This document shows positions 8,426 through 17,980 of a stretch of DNA of 47,537 bases, piece after piece (positions within the stretch are counted from its first letter, which is position 1; the number at the start of each line of letters is the position of its first letter). A program made the translations under genes and the position numbers. The notes below the pieces were generated by a model. That model was not told the origin of the DNA. It saw only the letters and a list, made by a program, of their open reading frames with translations, and ran no database searches. The stretch is from Dehalococcoidia bacterium (GTDB lineage Bacteria > Chloroflexota > Dehalococcoidia > GIF9 > AB-539-J10). The stretch covers positions 1 to 47,537 of the forward strand of contig JAWOFK010000079.1 of assembly GCA_046497565.1 (NCBI GenBank). The letters are read 5' to 3'.

Positions 8426-9451
8426 ATGAAGGTTGGATTAGAAACGGTGGTGTCTGAATTCGAGGGGACAGTCATCAAGGATACAGATTATTCTTATCTG
8501 GATCCCGTAATTCCAGAACCATTGCGAGGAATGTTCAGGTTACCAAAGGAAAGTATCAGATTCAAAAACGATGATGCCGCCGAGATTCTGGCAGAAAGAG
8601 TGGCAAGGAAGGCTTTGGATCAGGCCAGCCTTGAACCAGCGGATATTGACTATATAATCGCCAATAACTGTGGCGGTAAATACTGTGTACCTATGGTCGG
8701 TACTTACGTTCACTGGAAATTGGGATTCGCGGTAGAAACACCGGTATTGCATGTGTCGCAAGCTTGCGCCAGCTTCGTTGATGCCTGCAACGTAGCGTGG
8801 AACCTTATTTTGGCTGGTAACTACAGGAGAATCCTGGTGGTAACGGTGTCGGCATGGGAAACAAAAGGAGGACAAGTAAGAGCTGACCTGACAGACCCTA
8901 TGAACGCCGCTATGGGTGATGGCGCTGGTGCAGCAATCGTTTCATCCCAAAATCTGAAATGCGAGTTTCTTTCATACCACAACCGGACTTTTGGTGAAGT
9001 CTATGACCTGAGTGGCGCAGATTTGAGACCGCCTGCACACCCAGAAATGAAGCAAGCCGCTGACCAGCCGCCGCTTTCCAATTATATGTATGGTACTCCC
9101 CAGTTCTTTCAGTGGTGGCAACGGGTGGGAGAACGGTTTGGCATCGATGGCATCGACGGGGCTCTGAAAATGGCAAACCTGACCCTGGCAGACCTTGACA
9201 CGGTCATTTTTCATCAGCCTGCAGATATGCTGTACGATGTGTGGATAGCAGGGGCAGCAAAGTTTGGATTGAGTCCCGAAAAATGGAAGCATACTTGGCA
9301 CAAATATGGCAATACCTCTAACGCCGTTGTCCCAATAAATCTGGCCGAGTTCTGGGAAAAAGGCCAACTCAAGAAAGATTCAATAATCGCTCTCATAACT
9401 ATCGGCGCCGGCGGACACGCACCTACCATGATTGTAAGATGGCTGGTCTAG
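8426..9451 (+). CDS. 3-oxoacyl-ACP synthase III (FabH)-like condensing enzyme, divergent
   Basis: QACASF (Cys), GDGAGAAIV, FHQP (His), YGNTS (Asn). Confidence 0.85.
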   Translation: MKVGLETVVSEFEGTVIKDTDYSYLDPVIPEPLRGMFRLPKESIRFKNDDAAEILAERVARKALDQASLEPADIDYIIANNCGGKYCVPMVGTYVHWKLGFAVETPVLHVSQACASFVDACNVAWNLILAGNYRRILVVTVSAWETKGGQVRADLTDPMNAAMGDGAGAAIVSSQNLKCEFLSYHNRTFGEVYDLSGADLRPPAHPEMKQAADQPPLSNYMYGTPQFFQWWQRVGERFGIDGIDGALKMANLTLADLDTVIFHQPADMLYDVWIAGAAKFGLSPEKWKHTWHKYGNTSNAVVPINLAEFWEKGQLKKDSIIALITIGAGGHAPTMIVRWLV

Positions 9452-9463
9452 TAAAGGAGCAAT

Positions 9464-10309
9464 ATGGACATTGAAAAAGTGGGCATAGTCGGCTGTGGAT
9501 TGATGGGTTCTGGGTATACCCAGCTCTGCGCTCAGTCAGGCTATCAGGTAACAGTCCTGGAGGTAGATAATGAAGTGCTGAACAAGGGACTGGCACTCAT
9601 TCACTCCAGGTTACCCGACAGCGTGAATAAGGGTGAGCTCTCTCAGCAGAATAAAGATGCTATTCTGGCTCGCATTAAAGGCACCACCAACATTCAGGAT
9701 TTCTCTGACTGCGACCTCGTAATAGAGGCCGCTACTGAGAAGATGGAGGTAAAGCAGAAAATATTCGCTGAGCTAAATAATATTTGCCGCAAAGACATTG
9801 TCCTGGCTACCAATACTTCGGTCCTCTCTATACTTGCCATAGCTATGGCAACCACAAGGCCAGAGAAAGTGCTGGGAATACACATGAACCCGTTGATATC
9901 ACCACTCGCGGAGATCATCAGAACTCTTGCCACCAGTGAGAAGACCCTCGAGATTGGCAAGAGCTTTAGCAAGTCTCTAGGAAAGGACTTCATCATCGCT
10001 CCGGACAGCCCGGGCTTCATCGTAAACCGTTTGTTGACGCCATTCTTACTCAATGCTGTTCGCATGCTGGAGGCCGGCATTGCCACCAGAGACGACATTG
10101 ATACGGGCTTCGTCAGAGGTTTGGGTTACCCGATGGGGCCGCTGGCGATGCTGGACATTATAGGTTTAGACACCGTGCTACTTGGGACCACTGCCATGTA
10201 TGAAGACCTTAAGGATCCCCAATATGCTCCACCACCCTTGCTAAAGAAGATGGTTACCGCTGGCTGGCTCGGGTGCAAGTCAGGAAAGGGGTTTTACGAA
10301 TATGAATAG
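9464..10309 (+). CDS. 3-hydroxyacyl-CoA dehydrogenase (Hbd-like)
   Basis: GCGLMGSG, VIEAATE, ATNTS, PGFIVNRL, GYPMGPL, KSGKGFY. Confidence 0.92.
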   Translation: MDIEKVGIVGCGLMGSGYTQLCAQSGYQVTVLEVDNEVLNKGLALIHSRLPDSVNKGELSQQNKDAILARIKGTTNIQDFSDCDLVIEAATEKMEVKQKIFAELNNICRKDIVLATNTSVLSILAIAMATTRPEKVLGIHMNPLISPLAEIIRTLATSEKTLEIGKSFSKSLGKDFIIAPDSPGFIVNRLLTPFLLNAVRMLEAGIATRDDIDTGFVRGLGYPMGPLAMLDIIGLDTVLLGTTAMYEDLKDPQYAPPPLLKKMVTAGWLGCKSGKGFYEYE

Positions 10310-10366
10310 CCAGGCAGCAAACAAGAGACTCTTGTCGACAGATGAATCAAGGAGGGCATAACAGGA

Positions 10367-11149
10367 GTGAAAGGCATCTTTGACCTTTCGGGAAGGGTGG
10401 CCCTGGTTACCGCCGGAGGCCGCGGGCTTGGCCAGGAGTTCTGCCTTGCCATGGCTGAATTTAGAGCCGATGTAGCCTGTGCCGATATGAGGATTGAAGC
10501 AGCCCGGGAAACGGTTGAGCTCATTAAGAGATTTGGGCATCGGGCAATAGCCGTAGAGGCTGACGTGTCAAAACCGGAGCAGGTTGACCGTATGGTAAAT
10601 CAGACGGTTACCGACCTGGACACCATTGATATTCTGTTCAACAACGCTGGTATTCCCAATCCCCCGGTTAGAATCCATGAGCTATCGATTGAGGACTGGG
10701 ACATGGTTATGGCCATCGACTTGAGAGGTATGTTCCTGTGCATGCGGGCTGTCTTACCGGTGATGTTGAAACATAGGAGGGGTGCAATCATTAACACGGC
10801 ATCAGTGGCCGGGCTGATGGCTATGGGCGAGGAATGGAGTGTGCCCAATTGTGCGCCTTACGGCGTGGCTAAAGCTGGGGTTATTGCACTTACCCAACAC
10901 ACCGCAGTAGCCTATGCCAAGGACGGAATTCGGGTAAATGCTATCGCTCCTGGCGCTCACCGTACGCTGCCGCTCGGTTTCCCGCAAGAGTTGATGGATG
11001 AGTTGGAAAGAAAGTTATCTCGGTTCATTCCCATGGGGCGGGTTGGCAAACCAAGTGAGATTAGAGGATTAGCGGTATACCTGGCATCAGATGCGTCAAG
11101 CTACGTTACCGGTCAGACTTTCGTTGAAGATGGCGGTCTTCTTGCTTGA
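10367..11149 (+). CDS. SDR-family oxidoreductase
   Basis: TAGGRGLG, NNAG, YGVAK, YVTGQ. Confidence 0.9.
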   Translation: MKGIFDLSGRVALVTAGGRGLGQEFCLAMAEFRADVACADMRIEAARETVELIKRFGHRAIAVEADVSKPEQVDRMVNQTVTDLDTIDILFNNAGIPNPPVRIHELSIEDWDMVMAIDLRGMFLCMRAVLPVMLKHRRGAIINTASVAGLMAMGEEWSVPNCAPYGVAKAGVIALTQHTAVAYAKDGIRVNAIAPGAHRTLPLGFPQELMDELERKLSRFIPMGRVGKPSEIRGLAVYLASDASSYVTGQTFVEDGGLLA

Positions 11150-11249
11150 ACAATGCCGGTGTCCGAGAAATAGACAAGGTGAAAGGAGGAATATGGTTTA
11201 GGACATCATCTTGCAGCCTAAGCATAACTGAACTACAAAGGAGGAACAA

Positions 11250-12470
11250 GTGAAAAATACGAAACTGGGATTGTTGATTTTGCTGTCACTGACGCTAATT
11301 GTTATCCCTCTGGCAAGCGCCTGCGGAACTACAACTCCCCCCGACGAAGAGTTGCCTAAAGAAGAGCTGAAGATCGGCGCCATCTTTGCCCTCAGCGGAC
11401 CGTTCTCGGGGCCTCTCATGCAGCTCAGGGATGGGGTGGTGGCATGTGCCGATTGGATCAACGATAACGGCGGACTCACCGTCCAGGGAGAGCAATACTT
11501 GATTAAGATTATTGACGAGGACAACAAATTGAGCCCTGATGGTGCCATAACCGCAGCCAACAAATTGATCTATCAGGACAAAGTGGAGTTCATGGTAGGA
11601 CCAATTATACCTTTTCTATCTGCCGCGGTAGCACCAGTTACTGAGGAAGCCAATGTGCTGCGGTGCCAGATAAACGGGGTGGGGATGCCAGGAGAGCTAA
11701 GCCCCGATATGACCTATACTTTCACTACCTTTTTCAGTCGTGGGGCAGTTGCACCGACCTTCGATTATTTCGTTGAAGCCTACCCGGACCTGAATAGGGT
11801 GGCTCTGACATGTCCAGAGGACCCCGGCGGCCTATTTAACATGGAACTGGCCAAGGAGGCAGCCGAGGCACTGGACTTAGAGGTGGTTTTCATGGAGGCG
11901 TATCCTTTTGACACAGTGGATTTCTACCCGCTAATGACCAGCATCTTAGCTACCAATCCAGACGCGGTGTCGATGGGTGAAGGAATGGGACCTCAGTATG
12001 CAGGCATCGTAAAAGCCGCGCGAGAGCTTGGCTTCACGGGTCCTCTTTTCGCCTACTCTTCGACTGGGGACACAGAGGCATTCCGTGATATGATAGGCAC
12101 GGATTTCGCATATGATATATTTGTAAATGATGAATACTTAGCGAGCCCTGAAATGCCAGCTATGGTAAGGGAAGTGGAAGAATACATCATGGACAAGTAT
12201 GGACAAGAACTCACTGCTAATCACCTGTACGGGTGGGATGCCCTTTGGTATATGGCACAGGCAATTGAGGCAGCACAAAGCCTTGACCCTGCCGCCGTAG
12301 CTGCAACCTGGACAGCAATGGCAAGTCTGGAAAGCGTATTTGGAGCTTCCAGAATGGGTGGCTTGGAGACCTACGGGATTAACCATGTAGTGAGCAAGGT
12401 TGCGACTATCACTAGACTAGAGAATGGTGAAATAGAGATTGTCAAATGGTATGAGATGTACGTACCGTGA
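11250..12470 (+). CDS. Liv-type (HAAT) ABC substrate-binding lipoprotein
   Basis: Signal peptide with lipobox LASAC; LKIGAIFALSGP, IN..GG PBP1 fold. Confidence 0.88.
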   Translation: MKNTKLGLLILLSLTLIVIPLASACGTTTPPDEELPKEELKIGAIFALSGPFSGPLMQLRDGVVACADWINDNGGLTVQGEQYLIKIIDEDNKLSPDGAITAANKLIYQDKVEFMVGPIIPFLSAAVAPVTEEANVLRCQINGVGMPGELSPDMTYTFTTFFSRGAVAPTFDYFVEAYPDLNRVALTCPEDPGGLFNMELAKEAAEALDLEVVFMEAYPFDTVDFYPLMTSILATNPDAVSMGEGMGPQYAGIVKAARELGFTGPLFAYSSTGDTEAFRDMIGTDFAYDIFVNDEYLASPEMPAMVREVEEYIMDKYGQELTANHLYGWDALWYMAQAIEAAQSLDPAAVAATWTAMASLESVFGASRMGGLETYGINHVVSKVATITRLENGEIEIVKWYEMYVP

Positions 12471-12594
12471 ATTGAGCTATAGGCGATGACTGATAGTTCA
12501 CGGTTGACAAAGGACAAGGGTTACCAAGTATGAGTTCACAAGCGGAGTGTGCCTGGCACTAGTGAACTGGAAGACTTTTGAGAAAAGGTGAAGC

Positions 12595-13458
12595 TTGACC
12601 GAAGTTCCCGTGGCACAAATCATCCTCAATGGACTGATGTCTGGGGCGATTTACGTATTGGTCGCCCTGGGGCTGACCTTGGTATTGAGCATCATGGGCA
12701 TCGTCAACCTAGCACATGGTGAGTTATACGTGTTCGGTGCCTATGGTGCTTATTACTTCTGTGTCGTCGCTGGTCTCAATTTCCTCCTCGCGCTGTTCAT
12801 ATCCACTCTTCTTGTCGGGCTACTGGGGATAGGCATCGAGAAGATTTTTTTCCGTCCCTTTCGCCAGGGGAATTTCTTGCCTGCCGTTATCATGGCTACC
12901 GGCCTTATGCTGATCCTGCAAACTACGACGGTGGTGACTTTTGGCGGTTCCACCAAGGTCATTGTGACCCCTTTTCCTGGAGTCATAACCGTTGCCGGGA
13001 CAACCATTTCCCGGGAAAGATTAGTCATCATTCTGGTTGCCATCGTCCTGGTGGCGACACTGCTCTTTCTGATGCGCAGGACTAAGATTGGCCAGGCGAT
13101 GGTAGCTGTTTCCCAGGACCTGGATGCCGCCGCCCTACAGGGAATAAGCGTTGACCAGGTTTCTTCGGTTGCCATGTTTCTGGGCTGTGCTTTGGCGGCG
13201 GCGGCGGGGGCACTAATGGGTGCTGTGTTTGGCCTTAGCCCGGCCATGGGCGGCTTCGCCCTGATGAAAGGGATTGCCGTTATAATTCTAGGAGGTCTGG
13301 GGAGCATCCCCGGTGCTGTTATCGGTGGCCTTATCCTGGGTCTCATCGATGGCATCGTTCCCGCTCTTCTGAGCACTCAAATGGCCAGCCTGGTCGGCTT
13401 TGTCGCAATTATCCTTATCCTGGTATTCAGACCGCAAGGAATTATGGGACGTGAATAG
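12595..13458 (+). CDS. livH: Liv-type ABC permease
   Basis: NGL..GAIYVLVALGLTL, NLAHGE, ILGGLGSIPGA, FRPQGIMG. Confidence 0.88.
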   Translation: MTEVPVAQIILNGLMSGAIYVLVALGLTLVLSIMGIVNLAHGELYVFGAYGAYYFCVVAGLNFLLALFISTLLVGLLGIGIEKIFFRPFRQGNFLPAVIMATGLMLILQTTTVVTFGGSTKVIVTPFPGVITVAGTTISRERLVIILVAIVLVATLLFLMRRTKIGQAMVAVSQDLDAAALQGISVDQVSSVAMFLGCALAAAAGALMGAVFGLSPAMGGFALMKGIAVIILGGLGSIPGAVIGGLILGLIDGIVPALLSTQMASLVGFVAIILILVFRPQGIMGRE

Positions 13459-14419
13459 CAGAAAATGGGCTAAACCTTTGAGCTACACTGTCCTGGTAGT
13501 ATTTCTATTCCTGATCCCGCTATTTATTACCGGACCTTACCAGCTTCATATATTAATTATGGCCGGGATTGGCATTATTCTAGCCAGCAGCGTACGTTTG
13601 GTAGTGACTTCAGGGCTGCTATCTCTGGCTCACGGGGGCATGATGGCCATTGGAGCCTACACTGCGGCTCTGCTGGTGATGAAGCTGGAGCTTTCCTCGT
13701 GGGCAGCTCTGGTACTGGCCGGAGTGGCTGCCGCAAACATCGCCTTGCTGGTAGGCTACCCCTTTGTTAGATTAAAGGGAATGTACTTCGCTCTGGTCAC
13801 TGTCTTCCTGGGCGAGGTCATCAGGCTGATAGCTGAGCAGTGGCGGAGTTTAACCGGTGGGACTGTAGGCATTTTCAATATTCCCCGGCCAGACCCAATT
13901 GCTATCCCCGGCCTCCTGAACATGGACTTTGCTTCCAAAGTCGACTTCTACTATTTCATGCTGGTTCTTATGTTAGTAATCCTATTCATCCTCTATGCTC
14001 TTGAGCACTCTCGCATTGGCCTAACCTGGTTCAGTATTGCGCAAGCTGATTTTCTGGCAGAGAGCGTAGGCGTAAATACCGCCAGATACCAAGTTCTTGC
14101 CTTCACCATCGGCGCTTTTTTCGCTGGCATAGCCGGCGCCTTCTACAGCCAATATATTGGGGCGATAAACCCTCGCGCCTTTGGTTTCTTCTGGTCTGTC
14201 TACATCGTGATATATATGATAGTTGGCGGAATGAAAAGCTTCGCTGGTCCCATCATCGGTGCCCTTGTTTTGACTTACCTTCCGGAGTCAGCCAGGGTGC
14301 TAAAAGAGTTTCAGCCGTTTGTATTTGCGGGGATATTGATGCTTGTGATCTTCTTACTGCCTGATGGGCTGGTAAGCTTACCTCAGCGATTGAGAAAACT
14401 CCTCAGGGGGAAAGTTTAG
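13451..14419 (+). CDS. livM: Liv-type ABC permease
   Basis: SLAHGG.MAIGAY, RLKGMYFALVT, IVGG..S.AGPIIGA; GTG start overlapping the livH stop. Confidence 0.88.
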   Translation: MNSRKWAKPLSYTVLVVFLFLIPLFITGPYQLHILIMAGIGIILASSVRLVVTSGLLSLAHGGMMAIGAYTAALLVMKLELSSWAALVLAGVAAANIALLVGYPFVRLKGMYFALVTVFLGEVIRLIAEQWRSLTGGTVGIFNIPRPDPIAIPGLLNMDFASKVDFYYFMLVLMLVILFILYALEHSRIGLTWFSIAQADFLAESVGVNTARYQVLAFTIGAFFAGIAGAFYSQYIGAINPRAFGFFWSVYIVIYMIVGGMKSFAGPIIGALVLTYLPESARVLKEFQPFVFAGILMLVIFLLPDGLVSLPQRLRKLLRGKV

Positions 14420-14421
14420 CC

Positions 14422-15186
14422 ATGCTTGAAATCAGGGGGTTAACAAAGCGTTTCGGCGGCGTAGTTGCTGTTGCTGGGCTTGACTTGACTATCAACCATG
14501 GGGAACTAGTTGGCTTAATCGGTCCCAACGGCGCCGGAAAAACGACCGTGTTCAATCTAATCACTGGCTTCCTTCGTCCTACTAGCGGAAATGCGTTATT
14601 TGAGGGGGAAAATGTAACCGGTAAGAAGCCCCACTCCATTGCCGAAAAGGGAATAGTGCGGACTTTCCAATCAACCAGCATCTTCCCTGATTTCACTGTA
14701 CTGCAAAACATAGTGGCAGCCCGTCATCTGAAGCCGAAAACTGGCTCTTGGGAAGCTGTATTACATCTCCCCAGCAGCCGAAAGAAAGAGGAACGCGCTT
14801 TGGGTCGAGCTCTAGAAATCGCGCAGCTCGTGGGGTTAGATAGCGTGAAAGACGTTCCCGCCAGGAGCCTGCCGCACGGACATAAAAGGATTCTTGGCAT
14901 AGCCATAGCCTTAGCTGCTGAGCCTAAACTGCTGTTACTTGATGAAGCAATAGCCGGTATGAATGATGAGGAAGTCTCTGAATCAATCGCACTCATCCGT
15001 AGGATATGGCAAATGGGGACTGCCATTCTGTTGATTGAGCATAATATGAGAGCGGTGATGACTTTATGCCAGCGGCTTGTAGTGCTGAACTTCGGCAAGA
15101 AGATTGCCGAAGGCCCTCCGGAAGATGTCAAGAAGAACAATGATGTAATCCAGGCTTACCTTGGAGTTGGAAAACATGCTGCTTAA
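14422..15186 (+). CDS. livG: Liv-type ABC ATPase
   Basis: GPNGAGKTT, RTFQ, LLLDE, IEH. Confidence 0.92.
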   Translation: MLEIRGLTKRFGGVVAVAGLDLTINHGELVGLIGPNGAGKTTVFNLITGFLRPTSGNALFEGENVTGKKPHSIAEKGIVRTFQSTSIFPDFTVLQNIVAARHLKPKTGSWEAVLHLPSSRKKEERALGRALEIAQLVGLDSVKDVPARSLPHGHKRILGIAIALAAEPKLLLLDEAIAGMNDEEVSESIALIRRIWQMGTAILLIEHNMRAVMTLCQRLVVLNFGKKIAEGPPEDVKKNNDVIQAYLGVGKHAA

Positions 15187-15883
15187 ACTGAAAAATCTGA
15201 TGGTACGCTATGGGACAGCCGAAGCGATAAAGGGCGTCACCCTACAGGTGGCCGAGGACTCCGTCACAAGTATTGTTGGTGCTAACGGGGCAGGCAAAAG
15301 CACTATTCTGAAAGCTGTGTCCGCGCTGGTCCCGTTGACCTCCGGGGAGATACTGTTCTGCGACAAGAGAATAGACGGAATGGCCGTTCATAATATTGTG
15401 GGTCTTGGTATTGTCCACGTGCCTGAAGGGCGAAGGCTTTTCCCTCACATGAGTGTCTTGGCCAACCTTAGAATTGGTGCCTATTTACGCAGGGACAAGG
15501 CCAGCATAGACGGGGACTTGACTGATATTTTCAGCCGCTTCCCTATCTTGTGGCAGAGGCGAAATCAGCAAGCCAGAACCTTGAGTGGCGGCGAGCAACA
15601 GATGCTAGCTATCGGCCGCGCCTTGATGGCCAAGCCAAAGCTGCTATTGCTGGATGAGCCCTCGTTGGGATTAGCTCCGCTAGTAATTGAAGAGCTTGCT
15701 ACTATGGTTAAAGACATCAATAAAGGTGGTGTTAGTGTTCTGTTGGTAGAGCAAAATGCTGGCCTAGTGGCTAGCGTTTCTGAGAGGAGCTATGTGCTGG
15801 AGGTAGGCAAAGTGGTTCTGGAGGGCAACATAAATGACCTGATGGCTAGTCAGCATGTCCACAGAGCATTTTTGGGAGGGTAA
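15176..15883 (+). CDS. livF: Liv-type ABC ATPase
   Basis: GANGAGKST, VPEGRRLF, LSGGEQQML, LLDEPSLGLAP. Confidence 0.92.
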   Translation: MLLKLKNLMVRYGTAEAIKGVTLQVAEDSVTSIVGANGAGKSTILKAVSALVPLTSGEILFCDKRIDGMAVHNIVGLGIVHVPEGRRLFPHMSVLANLRIGAYLRRDKASIDGDLTDIFSRFPILWQRRNQQARTLSGGEQQMLAIGRALMAKPKLLLLDEPSLGLAPLVIEELATMVKDINKGGVSVLLVEQNAGLVASVSERSYVLEVGKVVLEGNINDLMASQHVHRAFLGG

Positions 15884-15932
15884 CTTATGAACAAGTTAGT
15901 ACAATACAAAACCCAAGAAAGGAGTTGAAGAG

Positions 15933-17474
15933 ATGCAGGTTATAGGAGATATTGCTCGCTTAAACGCCAAACGGTATCCACATAAGCAGGCGCTAGTAAT
16001 GGGAAATGAGCACCTCACCTTTGGACAGCTCAACGAGCAAGCTAATCAGTTGGCTCACGGACTTCTCTCCATGAGCGTAGAGCCGGGAGATAGAGTAACA
16101 ATACTGTCCTACAATAGCATGCAGTATGTGGTTGTTAGCTACGCGGTTGCCAAGTGTGGTGCGGTGATGGTCCCAGCCAACTTCCGCTACAAGAGGGATG
16201 AACTGGTCTACGTCATCAACAATTGTGAACCGAAGGTACTTCTGTTCGGCCCTGAGTTCAGTTCCTTGGTGGATGAGGCCAGGACCGGCTTCGATTCGCC
16301 CGTCCATCTGGTGGCTATTTCTGGAGAGCCTTTGGAGTCAGGACTCAGTTTGAGCAGTGTGATGCAGGGGCAGTCAACTTCAGAACCCGCTGTCAGGGTA
16401 GACCCAGCCGCACCGTTTGCCATTACCTATACCTCCGGGACGACTGGCTTCCCCAAAGGTGTGCTTGCCTCCCACTCCGCTTTCCTAAACACCTACACCG
16501 GCATGATAGTCGAGGGTGATGTCCGTCCTGGCGAAACCACCCTGGTTGGCCTTCCTTTGTTCCACAACGGGGGGATGCATGGCCTGCTCCAGCCCACGTT
16601 AGTTAGAGGGGGCACGGCAATTATTATGCCCAGAGGTTTTGAACCGGACAAGATTTTGGATGCGGTCGAACGTCACGGCGTGACCATGACCATGTGGGTG
16701 CCGACCCAGCTCGCAATGCTGGTCAATTATCCTGGCGTGACCAAGCACAACCTGTCCACTCTGGGAAAAATCTGGTACGGCTCCTCGCCCATCAGCCCTA
16801 CCATACTTAAGGCTTGTATGGATGTATTCGAGGCCGGGTTCTATCAGTGGTATGGACAAACCGAGACCGGTATGGTGGCAGTGTTACGGCCTGAAGACCA
16901 TGTAGAGCGCTCTCAGTGCACCGGACGGGAGATGTTCAACGCTGACCTCCGAGTGGTGAATCAGGAGGGAGAGCATACGCCGGTGGGAGAAGTAGGCGAA
17001 ATAATCAGCGCGCAAGTACCTCTGGGCATGATCGGCTATCACAACATGGAGGAAGCCAATAAGAAGACCATTCGCGACGGGTGGATATACACCTCAGATA
17101 TCGCCAGGGTAGAAGGCAATGGATATTTCACCGTAGTCGACCGTTTAGGTGACATGATTATCAGCGGAGGCGAAAACATCTATCCCAAGGAAATCGAAGA
17201 CGTCATCAGCAGTCATCCCGGCGTGCGGGAGGTAGTCGTATTTGGCATACCGGATGAGACATACGGTGAATCCATCTGCGCCGTCGTAGTTAAGAAGGAG
17301 GGATACCAACTGGATGAGGAAGATATTGTAAGTTTCTGTGCTTCCAGAATCTCTAGCTACAAGAAGCCGAAACGCGTCGAATTCACAGATGAACTCCCCA
17401 AGAATCCTTCTGGAAAGGTGACCAAGAACGTGTTGCGGGAGCTCTACTGGACCGGCAAGAAGAAAAGGATTTAA
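15933..17474 (+). CDS. Acyl/aryl-CoA synthetase (AMP-forming)
   Basis: YTSGTTGFPKG, YGQTE, DMIISGGENIYP, LPKNPSGK. Confidence 0.92.
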   Translation: MQVIGDIARLNAKRYPHKQALVMGNEHLTFGQLNEQANQLAHGLLSMSVEPGDRVTILSYNSMQYVVVSYAVAKCGAVMVPANFRYKRDELVYVINNCEPKVLLFGPEFSSLVDEARTGFDSPVHLVAISGEPLESGLSLSSVMQGQSTSEPAVRVDPAAPFAITYTSGTTGFPKGVLASHSAFLNTYTGMIVEGDVRPGETTLVGLPLFHNGGMHGLLQPTLVRGGTAIIMPRGFEPDKILDAVERHGVTMTMWVPTQLAMLVNYPGVTKHNLSTLGKIWYGSSPISPTILKACMDVFEAGFYQWYGQTETGMVAVLRPEDHVERSQCTGREMFNADLRVVNQEGEHTPVGEVGEIISAQVPLGMIGYHNMEEANKKTIRDGWIYTSDIARVEGNGYFTVVDRLGDMIISGGENIYPKEIEDVISSHPGVREVVVFGIPDETYGESICAVVVKKEGYQLDEEDIVSFCASRISSYKKPKRVEFTDELPKNPSGKVTKNVLRELYWTGKKKRI

Positions 17475-17550
17475 TCGTGAGCCAAACTGAGCAAAGTTCC
17501 CTGCAAAATGAAGCGGCCAGGGAGTTCACAAATACAGCCGAAGGAGAAAT

Positions 17551-17964
17551 ATGAAGCGACGGAAGGCTCCACTCAGAGAAGGACTGTTTACTCAGGATGC
17601 CGAGGGTGCAGCACTGCTGGCTGACATGTGCAACATCTGTGGCCAAATTTTCTTTCCAATAAGAGAGCGGTGCTTAGATTGTCCAAATCAGGACATGGAA
17701 CCGGTGCTTTTGCGTGGAACCTGCAGGCTATACACCTTTACCATCGTAAACATGCCCACCGAGCACTATGACCCCCCATATGCTATCGGCTGGGTGGAGT
17801 TTCCTGAAGGAGTGAGAGTATTCGGTCAAATAGAGGGCTGGGAAAGACAGCCTTTGAAGATTGGCATGAACATGAAACTGGTCATAGATACACTGTGGCA
17901 GGAGGACGACAGAGAGATTATCGGCTATAAGTTCAGGCCGCTATCTGAGGATGACAAGAGATGA
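17551..17964 (+). CDS. DUF35 Zn-ribbon/OB-fold protein (BbsA/ChsH2-like thiolase partner)
   Basis: CNIC...FP...CLDC, LYTFTIV, PPYAIGWVE, LKIGM. Confidence 0.9.
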   Translation: MKRRKAPLREGLFTQDAEGAALLADMCNICGQIFFPIRERCLDCPNQDMEPVLLRGTCRLYTFTIVNMPTEHYDPPYAIGWVEFPEGVRVFGQIEGWERQPLKIGMNMKLVIDTLWQEDDREIIGYKFRPLSEDDKR

Positions 17965-17980
17965 CATGGAAGGAATACCG

